From assembly GCA_002633005.1 (NCBI GenBank), contig NMRA01000047.1, positions 312,913 through 376,912 on the forward strand: DNA of 64,000 nucleotides, given 5' to 3'. The notes below the pieces were generated by a model that saw only the letters and a list, made by a program, of their open reading frames with translations, searched no databases and was not told where the DNA came from. The first letter of the stretch is position 1, and each line of letters starts with the position of its first letter. This document shows, one piece after another, positions 25,804 to 37,446 of this stretch. This DNA comes from Phoronis australis (Eukaryota > Animalia > Phoronida). A program made the translations under genes and the position numbers.

Positions 25804-26353
25804 TTCTGCAACTGGAGAAACAATTCGTGCCGGTTTTATTTTTTACGTCACTAACTGATGTTTAAGATAAAGATGAGGTCTGAAGAGGTTTGTTTTGCAC
25901 AGCAGCAGTTAAAATGTATATTAAGTAAATATTTTCCTAAAATTAAAATCAGTCTTTCATAAAACTCGGAAATACATTGACGGACAGCCAAATTCTAGCG
26001 CTAACGACCCCGTGATTCTCGGTCACTGAGACGAGTATTTCATCCCAGCAAAGACGTGCTTTACCGTGTCAGGGGGTGTGGGCGGCCGGGAGCGGTTACG
26101 GGAGGTAGGGGCCCTGCCCTAATTGTACTAAGCAGGAGGACACCCCCGGCCAAACCGACGCGGATAGCAAGCTCTTAAAAGCCGTGTTAAAGCCCCATGT
26201 GAGGTATGTACCATACAAAGCCATCTTTGAAAATCGGTATTTTAGTCCACGTTTTGGGATACAAACCAGTCGTTTTTTAGTACGGTAGGCCAACAGTTAT
26301 CGTTCGATCCCACTGAGCTAGGCCACGGTGATACACTATAACCGCATTCAAGT

Positions 26354-27021
26354 CACAGGCGTCCTCAGCTTCTGATCGTCCCCAATACACTACATATAAT
26401 ACTACAAGGTATGACACTTCGGACTTGAAATTCCACGGGTGCTTCACTTCAGCCGTCCATAGCAAACATAAAACTCAATAAATTTGCACAAAACAGGGGT
26501 TCGACAAACCATGAAGAATTGTTCTTTCTCCCAATACCATTCACGGTGTCCTGTTACGGCGACTTCGTAAGAAATTCGCAGTCAAAGAACAAAAATATTC
26601 ACAAAAAGCCCCCACACACGTTTCCCCTAGGCCCGTCGAGGTCAAGGACGGTACGGAAATTGCCGCTTTGTCGCGTAAAGTCACGATGTCGCTACTTCCG
26701 TAACTCACCGGCAATTTCCGTAACCGTCCTTGACCTCGACGGGCCTAGGGGAAACGTGTGTGGGGGCTTTTTGTGAATATTTTTGTTCTTTGACTGCGAA
26801 TTTCTTACGAAGTCGCCGTAACAGGACACCGTGAATGGTAGTGGGAGAAAGAACAATTCTTCATGGTTTGTCGAACCCCTGTTTTGTGCAAATTTATTGA
26901 GTTTTATGTTTGCTATGGACGGCTGAAGTGAAGCACCCGTGGAATTTCAAGTCCCAAGTGTCATACCTTGTAGTATTATATGTAGTGTATTGGGGACGAT
27001 CAGAAGCTGAGGACGCCTGTG
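26354..27021. mobile_element. 668-bp foldback non-autonomous DNA transposon with 8-bp TSD (P-element-like CANRG termini)
   Basis: Arms of about 312 bp (26354-26665 and 26709-27021) are near-perfect reverse complements around a ~43-bp spacer. Termini are CACAGGCGTC...GACGCCTGTG. The exact direct repeat ATTCAAGT flanks it at 26346-26353 and 27022-27029. The superfamily call is an inference. Confidence 0.92.
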
Positions 27022-27407
27022 ATTCAAGTTAGAAGTTTGTAACGTCGGATTAGGTCTTTTTATTGTAAGGCGAAGGTTATAGTACTTGGTTGGTACCCCT
27101 CGTGGATATGCCACACAGAGCCTTGTAGGTCTTCACGCCACATATCACTATTGCGCTATCACACAGACATCGAGTATGATGTGTGCTGGATTGGAAGTTT
27201 ACGAGAATCCTAGTTGGCCTATTGCTAAGTAGAGGCCTGACACGCACTCCCGCCGACCGCGGGGCCCCTTGCCATAAAACGAAACACTAAAAACTAACTC
27301 ATGCAAGCTTACCTCACCTGGAGTAACCACAAACACTAGTAAACTTCAAGTCGACGAAGTCTTCTAACAAACCGTGAATAAAATGTCGGTTCGGTGTCCC
27401 AGCTGCC

Positions 27408-27459
27408 TTATGTAGCGTTGCCGCCCGGCTTTCCAGCGCGTGCGAGAAATTTCTAGAAC
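27408..27459 (-). promoter_or_regulatory. Heat-shock element plus TATA-like box of the small HSP gene
   Basis: aGAAa-tTTCt-aGAAc at 27445-27459 is a perfect three-unit HSF site, with an in-phase tTTCc at 27430-27434. TACATAA lies on the minus strand at 27414-27408. A donor cag|gtgag at 27318 and acceptors ccag/gcag just before the ATG at 25803 define a 5'-UTR intron. Confidence 0.75.
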
Positions 27460-28646
27460 TCTTGCACTTTATCAATAGAAAGCGTGACGCGGTAAACGTG
27501 CCAAGGGCTTCTCAGTCGACAGAACAATATAGTTCGCACATTGGGTTAATGTTGTCGTGCTTTTAGAAACAAAATTACACTCGTAGATGAATTTGACGGA
27601 GTAAATTTACATTTTATTGATATATTTATCCATTGCTCTGTCTTATAAGGATTATTCGACTAAAACTTGTTTTGGAACTATATCGACAATAGCCTGGCAC
27701 CTCCGCTTTGACCTCGATAGTGAACTATCTGGGTCATTTTTTCTTAGGTAAACAGTTCGCTGCTTGTGTTTATTTAGGTCATGAGTTTCCAGAGAATTTA
27801 GGTTAGCCGGTTGGAGTAAACATCGAACGTTATAGAAGTTTCTGGAAGTATTCGGGCAATTATATAATGTACACGTACACGTAATTAAGCGTTTGATAAA
27901 AGGGTGGTCGGGTGCCGTATCAGTGCGGAACACGGCAGCACATTGCTTGTGCAGGCAGGTGAAAACTGCTCAGTCGGTTTCAGGAAAATCACACCCGGCC
28001 CGACGAGTCAAAAGCCTTTTTTAAAAGTTCTAAAAGATCTAATGTTTTTAAACATTAAATGTTACCGAAGTCATCTTAAAAACGACATACCAAGTTTTAA
28101 TTTTAGTATAGAACTTTTAAAAGTCTTCATTGAAAAATGTAAATAGTCTGATAGACCTAAGCCGTCTGAGGATGTTAAGTGATCATTCCAAAACGTTTTT
28201 GTTGGTTTTATCGACCTTGTATTTTTAAGAAAGGGCTTTTGTCCCGCCGTGGCCAGTCTTTGCCTTATCTGTAGCTAGTCATGATATAATTTAATGTCAG
28301 ACTCGCCATTGTATTTTGTAGTCAGATCGATCCCATGCAGTTTGGCTGTGAGCTGGTCCGCGCTGCGCTATGACCGCTGAATGACACTTACGGGTATTCT
28401 AATGCCAAGAAAACAAGAAACATAGACGGAATTCGAGGGAGGCAGGGGATCCTACTTCCTATGGAAGGAACACCATCAGCATGCCGTTGTTTTAAGCTTT
28501 TCCGGCTGGGGACACCCACAAAATTTTGAGCGTTTATTGATAGGAAATGCAAAGACTCGCGGCTTCGTTCATATGTCACACTCATGTCCGTTTATGGAGA
28601 TAAGAAACTTTCAATTGAAGTCGCTTTTTTCCATTTTGTCGTTTTT

Positions 28647-28714
28647 GGGGGATATTGAATTCACGATTGTGATATGCACTGGTGCATATCACAATCGTGA
28701 ATTCAATATCCCCC
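28647..28714. repeat. 68-bp perfect palindrome (33-bp arms, 2-nt centre)
   Basis: gggggatattgaattcacgattgtgatatgcac-tg-gtgcatatcacaatcgtgaattcaatatccccc. Confidence 0.9.
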
Positions 28715-28840
28715 TGCTATAAAGGAAAGGTTAATGATGCCGAGTGAAGATAGTCACTTGTCAAAACAATGCAAATGGTAGTTTCAAACACTTTCGACGG
28801 ATTTCTTAGTGTCTTAGTCAATTTTCATGAAACAGACCTG

Positions 28841-28928
28841 AGGCCCGTTCCAACGAAACTGACGTGGAGCTTTCAAATTTTGAAAGTCAGTCAAAAATTA
28901 ACTCAAGTCAGTTTCTTGGAACCGGCCC
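28841..28928. mobile_element. Small PIF/Harbinger-like MITE
   Basis: TIRs aggcccgttccaacgaaactgac / gtcagtttcttggaaccggccc with a 3-bp CTG duplication on both sides. Confidence 0.6.
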
Positions 28929-30587
28929 CTGGCCTGGCTGGAAGTGGAATCTGTACCGTTATGAGGGTTAAAACACCGCGGCAGGAAAACACTTGCAAAA
29001 GTGGTTTCGGTAGAAACAACGCCAGCAAATGAATTCAAGTAAAAACACATTCCTTCAAATTAGCATTTAGTCTGTATAAATAGATCACATGATATACTTG
29101 CAATTACAATAATGGTAACAGAACTAAAGAAAAAATAACTATAAAATAGATTCGTATGTAACGGGCGTTAAGGACGCCAACTTTTTCTTATCACACAATA
29201 TCCCAAGTTCACAGCTGGACAAAATCCACCATATTTTTTTTAAATTGCTCATCTCGTCCACGGATTCTGAATCAGGCGTTATTAAAAAAGACAAAGTTGC
29301 TGTTCCCGCTGTCATTCTTTCCATAACGCACATGTACATTGGTATAGGAAGCAAGGGAATGAGTGCCCCCTCAACCAAAATGTTGGGGGCACAGATATGT
29401 TTCTACCCCCCCCCCCAATATTTCTGCTGTTATATGTATCAATTAAGTAACAATAACGTACCAGGAATTGCCCAAAGTAAGTCCACCCAAAAGTACGCCC
29501 GTGGTTGTGTTTTCGTAAAGTTTCCAAAAATTTGATGTATTGTTCTAAAATACGCATGTACGTTTGATGTACAAATTTTTGTTTATTTTGGATTGCGATT
29601 TCACTCAAATGCTATCATTTAACGAGAGATTGTGCGACTTTGTTTGTATCTTACCGCAATAGCACAGTGTGAAGGACAGTTTTATTGACTTGGGTTCTAA
29701 AAATACGCCCCTATTACCAAAAATACGCCTGGGCGTATTTTCGGTTTCATATGACGTTTTTGAAAGGTCGCTTTACGAATATTCGCCCCTGGGCTTATTT
29801 TCGGAAACTGCCAGTATTAAAAGTTTGTGACATGCAAACTTTGATTTAAAATAAAATAGAAAATTGAACAGACTACCCCCCCCCCTCATCAAATGCTTTC
29901 TACGCCTATGTTGCATAAAAGCTGATAGATCAGCTTCACACATTTTCACCTCTCTTTTATATTATTTTCTTTACGAACAATTCGTCCGGAATTCGCACTA
30001 TTAATCTATCAGCATCCATATGCCACTGCCATTCCATTCATGCTCAAATCTCTCCGTGTCAAATGTCAATTTCGAAACAGCGCCACCTGTGTTCTGACAA
30101 TGGACCTCGCGAGTAGTTACGTATGGGCCTATAGAATGACATAGCAGCACTCTTCATGCAAAATCATTTTCAACCAGTTCAGAATCCTTTACACTCATGA
30201 CGCACGAAACGATGACTCCGCAACATATGACAAACAAACTGGATGGTCTTTATACTAAAAGCTTATGTCGAATTCTCACATCAGCGCCCCCAGTCTTCAT
30301 TTCCTTAGGATCGTCTCCAGTCATTTTTTTCAGATGGAACTCGCCGTGCAAACTGTCAAGTTACACTCGTTTCCAAGAAAGCATCTTTCGGCCATAATGA
30401 TATGGATAGCTGCAGCTTTAAAAAAATCTTAAAACTGCGATATACGCGTCATTGTCTGTACAAAATGTTCATACTCATCTCCGAAATGTCCAGGTTAATT
30501 TGACGCCACCGAATTCGTTGGTTTCTTACGGCAAGCGTTTTCTCCATCCTCAGTTTAAACATTTTCGTTTAAATACTTCGCACTTTT

Positions 30588-33500
30588 TTACACATCTTCA
30601 ACAATGTCCCGTCTGTGGCGAGCAATTCCGAACCATCCTTTGCGGTCGTGTTTTCTCTTTTGCCGTTTTTTTCGGATTGACCATTTCATCTCTAAGCAGC
30701 CCAGCTGAGTTTTATTGTACCAGTCAAATAGCTCTGCTTCTATCTTGTAATCTCCCTGTAAATGAACATAAGCAACGGCTTCAACTAAAAATACGCCCTG
30801 ATAGCTAGTAAGTTGCTTTGTTGGCAATTCCTTAAAGGGGAAATACTCGGGGAAATAGCGGGCCCGTGTTTTGAGAACCAGCTTGATGCCCGTTATTCAG
30901 TGGAGAAAACTGGTTCTCAAATTTTGGTTACTTTATATCCGACCATTACCGTTTAAGGGAATAAAATGAAAGAAAAACTAAAATGGACATTTTTTCAGGT
31001 AAATGTGTGTCCGAATGGGTTACCTTTTTTCGTGGGTACTTGACTGTTTTGCGCAAACAACTAGGAATTCGTATTGGTAATTCGGCTGTAGACTTCTTGC
31101 AGAGTTTACAAAAATTAACACACAAATGGTCTTTAAAATATTGCCTAAGCCATGAAAATGACCAAGGAATTCATAGATGTGTGTAAGTATAACTCAATGC
31201 GCGTTTTTGCAGTTGATTACACTTTTGTCCGAGACGGCAACAACGAAATCTTCATAACAGTCTAGTTTAAAAAAATGATGACGAGATAATCTTTAAAAAT
31301 CATCTTGCATCAAAACTGATTCACAACCACCTACCTGGACGACATATCCCAAAAACCCGTGTAATTTAGGTATATGCGCCTGTATTCCTCGTAGGTTGTA
31401 CTCTCCAGAATCGAGAGGACATGTGCACGGGATGTTCTTGTCGGCCAGGGTGGATGGGCAACCATTGTTTTCGTCCAGCTGAGCGGACAACTTCTCGCAT
31501 ATTCTCTCATAGACGCTGCGAATAGATTAGGATGCACATGTAAGGCAAAATCCCAGAAAAAAAGTACTAAGGCCTACATAATGTGTAGCTAACGTAAAGT
31601 TATGTCTTCTGAAACACCGTATGTGCTGAATGTAGAATAGGCTACGTCTGCACGGTTTGTTTTTGCACTTCAGCATTCAAAGGCTTTTACGATGTCCAAA
31701 ACTGACAGTTGGTGTTTAAATACACATACTCTGAAGGTGTGTGTAAGTCAGACTCGGGTTCAGTACGTCTGGCCTTCCTCGCCAAAGAGAGCCCGACGGT
31801 AATGGTCCAATGCAAACGTACCATGGGTATTCCAAATATTAGATTACGGTGAGAAACTTCAACGTTTTTATCCATCTGAGTTTGGAATTAAAGAACCACG
31901 TGAAATCAGCAGATGTCAGATGAGAGTTCCATATTTTTTGAGTTCCTGGCACTGTTAATCCAGTCGGCATGCGCGTGTTTCGAAACTATCGGTATGTTGG
32001 CGAAATTTTTGGAAAAACTTAAAAATGCAACACACAAATGAGCTTATGTGCGGAAGTTTAATGTATACATAGTGCATATCAAAATGACTTCGCAATACGG
32101 AAACCAATACATACCACGAGCCAACGTTAATCCCGCCATAACCACTAGATATACAAGGCATACTGAACGGGATGCCAAACAGGTATCGGCTGAGGGTGAC
32201 TTTCAACCCTAATTCGCTCAATAGAGAGCGCGTCACGTTGAACTTAAGTGAAATGGACACTCGGCCAGGGACGACTACCGGCATGGGTTTGACATCAACA
32301 CCATGGAAGTTCATTGGCCTGTCAGGGTCGCCACCTGAAAATACGAGCACTTCTTCAGTTTGTTATTGTAAAGCCTACCTGTTGTTACGGCTTCACTGGA
32401 ACACGTCCACTTCATTCTTAGCGACATAATAGTGACTTATAGCTGATTTTTCGTCCCTAACAAATCTAGTGGCACGAGTCTCTGAGCCAAAGAAGTGAAA
32501 ATTAAATTAACGCATATAAAGGAACCGGAGTACTGGGTCGCTTTACGCCATGCATGTTTTCGCTTCGTTGGCTTCCAATCAAATTCGTTTATTCGAAAGC
32601 CATGAAAGCAATTTTTCATCGTTGATGTAGTCTACTATGAATAAATTTCTCAGTTCGCTTCTCTTCTGAACTTATCTTATATAAGCGGGCGTACATGGGA
32701 AAACACTGTGCGGACTAAATGGCTTGCACAAAACACGGTGGCCCTATATGGCGTCACTCAAAATTTTCCATGGGCAGTTACCAGATGTGTTGACAATCTT
32801 TTTTTCAGTTCGTACCTGTGACCCGTGTTGAATTCAAAAGGCATTTTGTATTCTCCTAATTGGCCAAATAACTGACGTTTAATTCCGGATATTTCGTAAA
32901 ATGGTGCGGCGACACTGTTTTTTATTTGAAGCAAAGTTTTCTAATTACCGTTTAGCTGCATGTCTATGATTCAAGTCATTTGACGCCATTTTATTTTAAT
33001 ACACATATATTCTTTTTTCAACACATTGGTGCTAAAGACTTCAAAGGGACATTATCGGTTTTACAGCTGAACACGACTCATTTTAGGATCACCGTTGGAC
33101 GGGATAGACTTCTTGAAGTTACTAGCTTTAACAAAAGTATTAAACAACAAAATCTGTTGTGTTTTTATGATTTTATTACCAATCGCTAATTCTCGAGGCT
33201 GTCTGACACACATTCGGTGACGTAAGGCATTTCCAGTACTCTGCCATTTCTCAAATGAGATTTAGATGTGCCAGCAGAGCGCTGACTGCGACCGCAGGAA
33301 ATTCAAGATGGATTCCGTGCTGAGGCTGACTTCTGAAAATCATTTTTCGCCAATATTGTCTCTTTAAAAAGCGAGGATAAAGACCATATCTTAAACTTAT
33401 TCCAATGTTCGACATCGAAGGGAATGGTTGACTGAAAATGCAATGTGAAATCAAATTCTAAAAGAAAATCCGGTGACGTATTTTAGAAAATTGATAAAAA

Positions 33501-34567
33501 TTCATGTTCTTCTCAACCGTCTGTTCACCAGATGCGCACGCAGATCAGAATCGACCACTTTTTAACCCGACAAGAGGAGGAAAGGGTGCCTTGCCGTTGG
33601 CAGATGTCAGGTGTCCGCACATTTAGGCACTATGTGTCAACATATGACAACGTCGATGACATGCGGACATATCACAACCGGAGGACGTGACGTATTGGGT
33701 GGCATCAGACTATTGTTGGGGGCGCCATTTCTGTTCTGACTTTGATGAGAGGCAAACACAATTATCTCGCCGATGTTACTAGTCGCTCGCTTGTAATTGC
33801 TGACATTTTCAAAAGCGTATAAAGTGTTCTCTTTTGGCAGACTCCCTCCGTTTCCCGTAAAGAGTAGCCCAACTGCTAAAAACGATAATTTTTCTCACAC
33901 ACTAGATAAAATTTACCGATGATTTTGGAACGGCAAAACCGTACACAGGCTGTTAAACTTCTCCTTGTAGCGTCGGAAACAATGAACATACCTTGTGCGA
34001 AACAATAAACCAGTAACTGATTTCTGGTGCGAAACGAACTTGTGCGAAAAATTCCTTCGCAGAGCCCTTGAGTTCAGTAAGACTGTGCTCACGTTTCACT
34101 GAGGGACATAAAATTTCCAAAAATATTTACAAGCGTCGGATGACAAGTTGACTCAAACACCAACAAAAACAAATTTAATCGTAACAGCACTTAAGACCAA
34201 CGTTTCCTCTCAAGCAAATCTGTACCCTAAACAGCTGGAGTGTCTCCTTAAATTTATAAAAAATTAAAAATGTTCAGCTTAAGATAAAATACATAAGCTC
34301 GCTTCCATAGAACTCAAATCGCCTGCGAGAAATAACAAGAATTATTTTGCTTCATAGTTGGTTGACATTTATTCTTGCCCACTTACCACAGTCGCTGAAC
34401 TGAAGACGAGTGAATTCCCGTTTCAGCCTCCTTCTCGATGACTTTCTCTTCTTTTGTCTATTCTTTGATTTTTTACAAACGCATTTTTCAGAATCGTTCG
34501 TTTCCACCAAAGTCATGATGCAAAACTGTAGAACTAGAACTAAAAGTAGTAAATATTTCAGATCCAT
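30588..34567 (-). CDS. GM2A: Secreted GM2 ganglioside activator-like protein (ML/MD-2-related lipid-recognition domain), about 249 aa
   Basis: Exons 34567-34387, 32334-32115, 31515-31335, 30755-30588 (750 nt, phases consistent). Signal peptide MDLKYLLLLVLVLQFCIMTLVET, then FSDCGG...VKPMPVVVPGRVSIS...MPCI...VGSCVYERICEKL...CPSTLADKNIPCTCPLDSGEY...GDYKIEAEL...LGCLEMK, the Cys pattern of the GM2AP family. Orthology versus paralogy to GM2A is not resolved. Confidence 0.88.
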
Positions 34568-34569
34568 AA

Positions 34570-34673
34570 TGAAATATCCTGCGATGATATTCAATTCAAT
34601 AACGTTCCTGTCTTCTACTGAAATATCCTGCGATGATGTTCAATTCAATAACGTTCCTGTCCTCCACTGAAAT
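34570..34673. repeat. Two-copy ~49-bp tandem duplication immediately 5' of the GM2A-like ATG
   Basis: gaaatatcctgcgatgat(a/g)ttcaattcaataacgttcctgtc(tt/ct)c.actgaaat occurs twice. Confidence 0.8.
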
Positions 34674-35196
34674 TTCCAACTTTGAATTAGGCTGTTCTTT
34701 CCGAATAATGACTTGTGGATTTTACATGTTGGTCCACGGTCGATACGTCATAATTCTATGATCAACTGTTCTAGTAAATCCACGTTCTCAACCTGTAAAA
34801 CACCAGAGTGGAACAATGAACAGTCTTAGCATGAAATTGAAATAAAAGCGCGATTTGAATTGAAAATAGTTAATAACCTGCCTCACAGCCAATACTGGAG
34901 CATTTTACAGCACATGTTCAGCACCAAAGAAAGACCCATCCGCCAGTAAATGGGCGCTGAAAATAAATAGTACACTAATTACCTTCAAAAAGGGAAACGT
35001 TTGAATCTCAGGAAACTTCAAATAAGTTTTACTCTGCTATAGGACATAAATACCCCGCTTAAAATTACATTTTAAAAGACGAAATGGGTTAGACTTCATA
35101 ACTTCGCACGTCCTTACCTAACCAACACGAGTTACTCGACGAGATAAAATATGATTGGCAAAACTGTTTGCGTCGCCAGTTGGCACGTGCCCTTAC

Positions 35197-35248
35197 CATC
35201 TGGTATTTATAAATGACTACGATCGTCCCAGCGCACGGCTTTATATAG
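35197..35248 (-). promoter_or_regulatory. Candidate TATA box and short first exon of the GM2A-like gene
   Basis: cTATATAAAg on the minus strand at 35248-35239 and a strong donor g|gtaagg at 35197. Confidence 0.4.
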
Positions 35249-37184
35249 TGGGTGGTATAAAGCTCAGCTCGTCTGCCACTCGCTCGACAATTATAATCCA
35301 ATTAAATCGCTCTTCTAATGGTGACTGGGGATAATGATATTTGCCCGGGGTGTCTTCAGAGGACGCGCACTTCTTGGAAGTTAAACTCGCAACAATTCCT
35401 CCAGGTAAATGTGGCTTCGCTGTTGCAACGACATCCAAATCCGTGATTATAGTAAATGAGCAGTTTGACTGGCTTTTGAAACCAGTCCAATCGACGAAAC
35501 CCTACAGTAAATAATCCCTTCTTCGGTTGGTAGAAAATGAAAGTTAGCGATATTTGAATGAACTTTTTGCGAAAAGCATCCGTAGATTGGCAGCTGTCAT
35601 GTCAAAGCGGACATGAACCGGCGGAGTATCACTGAGAAACACTTGTACTAATATTTACTACAAATTAGAACCTTGCTTCGTGGACCACACACGTCGATTG
35701 AGCGGGATCGGGCAATACACAATAGCTACCCTCCCGTGACCGGAGCCCAATCGGCCAAATGACAAGAGGTCCTTGAGCAAATAGATAATAGTTGCTTGAT
35801 TTTTGACAGCCGGTAAAACAAGAATTTGTGGAAAACATCTTAAAACGAATTTATGCTACTTTTGAAAAACTGTAGCAGATCCTTAATCTACTCACACTCT
35901 CTATCGCTGTTACAGCATATTGCAAAACCATAAAAACGACAGCGCACTCCCAGCTGTTCTCGGTAACGAGTATCTCAATCTTTTTACAGCTAGATAATCG
36001 CTACTAACATGTCCACTTAAGAGGATTAGAACTACCATCCGATATTTCTAAAACATGAAGCCTGAGGGCATAGACTAATAGAGAGTGACTTTTTGTTAAA
36101 TTTTTAGTTCTTCAAAATAACGTCTGCCGGGCTTCTTTTCTGGAAGGAGACATATGAAAAAAAAATAGTGCAGATATTAAATTCTCTCAGGACTTAAACT
36201 GGCAGACCTGGCGTTGACGCAAGCTCTAAAAATGGCGTGCGGGGATTTCTTTGCTCGTTTCAGGACAGGGGGTGGTCCCCTGCCCCCACCACTAAATCCG
36301 CACATGGTGTAAGTAAATGGAAAACGCAAAGCAACGTATGTCATGCAATGGCGTAATATGTTTCAGTAGGCATTTAAATAATTTACGTGTAACCAAAGCA
36401 AAACATTTGTCAGGATATGCTTGCTGAATATTTTTTGCGAAAACCAAGTTTCCCCCATGAATGATATTCGATTTATCAAACGCTCTCCGTTTTTTGCTTT
36501 TTGAAGCCACAAAAACATCAAGTATTATAAAATATGATGCCATCAAAAGTAGACGCCTGTTTATTTTTAGCTCCATGTTTCGGGTGGTCTTGTTTTCATA
36601 GATTTCTGATATGTTTTCAAGTGCAGTGAAAATTTAAAAAGAAGAAACCGACGCCCATGACACTGGTTTTCTGAATGAAATAAAAAATGACAGTTCGTGC
36701 GCAGAAACAAATCTTGCTCACGGCAGTCTTTAATTCTCGGTGCGAACACTCCCGGCATTTTTGGTGAGTTTAATGGAGCTAATTAAGTGGTCATTCCAAC
36801 AAAAATATTCCAATAATTCAATTTGGTCCAAAAAGCTCATGAGAAATGCCAACGCCAGGGACTACCTAGTGAACCATTGCCAGGTGCAGGCCAGCTGTAG
36901 AGGATGGCAAGACAGCAATAACAGCGGGGAGTGAAAGGAAGAAAATAACACCTGTACGAAACATGCTGCGGAAACGTGGGGGCACCGGAAGTTGAAATGT
37001 GATGGGCGAAAACAGAATGATGATGTTTAGAGATCGACGAAATCGAACGCAGTGGGTTCGTGCTACTCCAGAGGTCCAGCGCGATCAGTGAGCTATAGCG
37101 ACTTGCCATGCCGGAGGGCGTGTGCACGCCGTGATCTCAGTGGCCTCAGGCTGAGAGCAATGTCCTAATTGGTTTTTAACCTTG

Positions 37185-37446
37185 CATGCGCGCACCCAGG
37201 GGGGGGGGCTCGGGGGGCTCCAATGAGCCCCACCCCCATTTGGCGAAGTGGGCAAAAAGGTCGGCTTCAGAGAAACAAAAAGTCCGAGCAAACGAGACAA
37301 AAGTCCACTAAAAAAGCCGCGCAGAGGTACAGTTCACAGTTCTGAAGGTGGTACCCCGTTTTTTAGTCCTCCCGCTTCTTTGTCAGCAAATGGTCCACAT
37401 CGCCAGAAATTCGAGCCCCCCATGTTAAAGGCTGGGTGCGCGCATG
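37185..37446. mobile_element. MITE with CATGCGCGCACCCAG termini (same family as 22226-22461)
   Basis: 15-bp TIR and a poly-G tract; flanks ccttg/ccctg are a 5-bp TSD with one mismatch. Confidence 0.75.
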
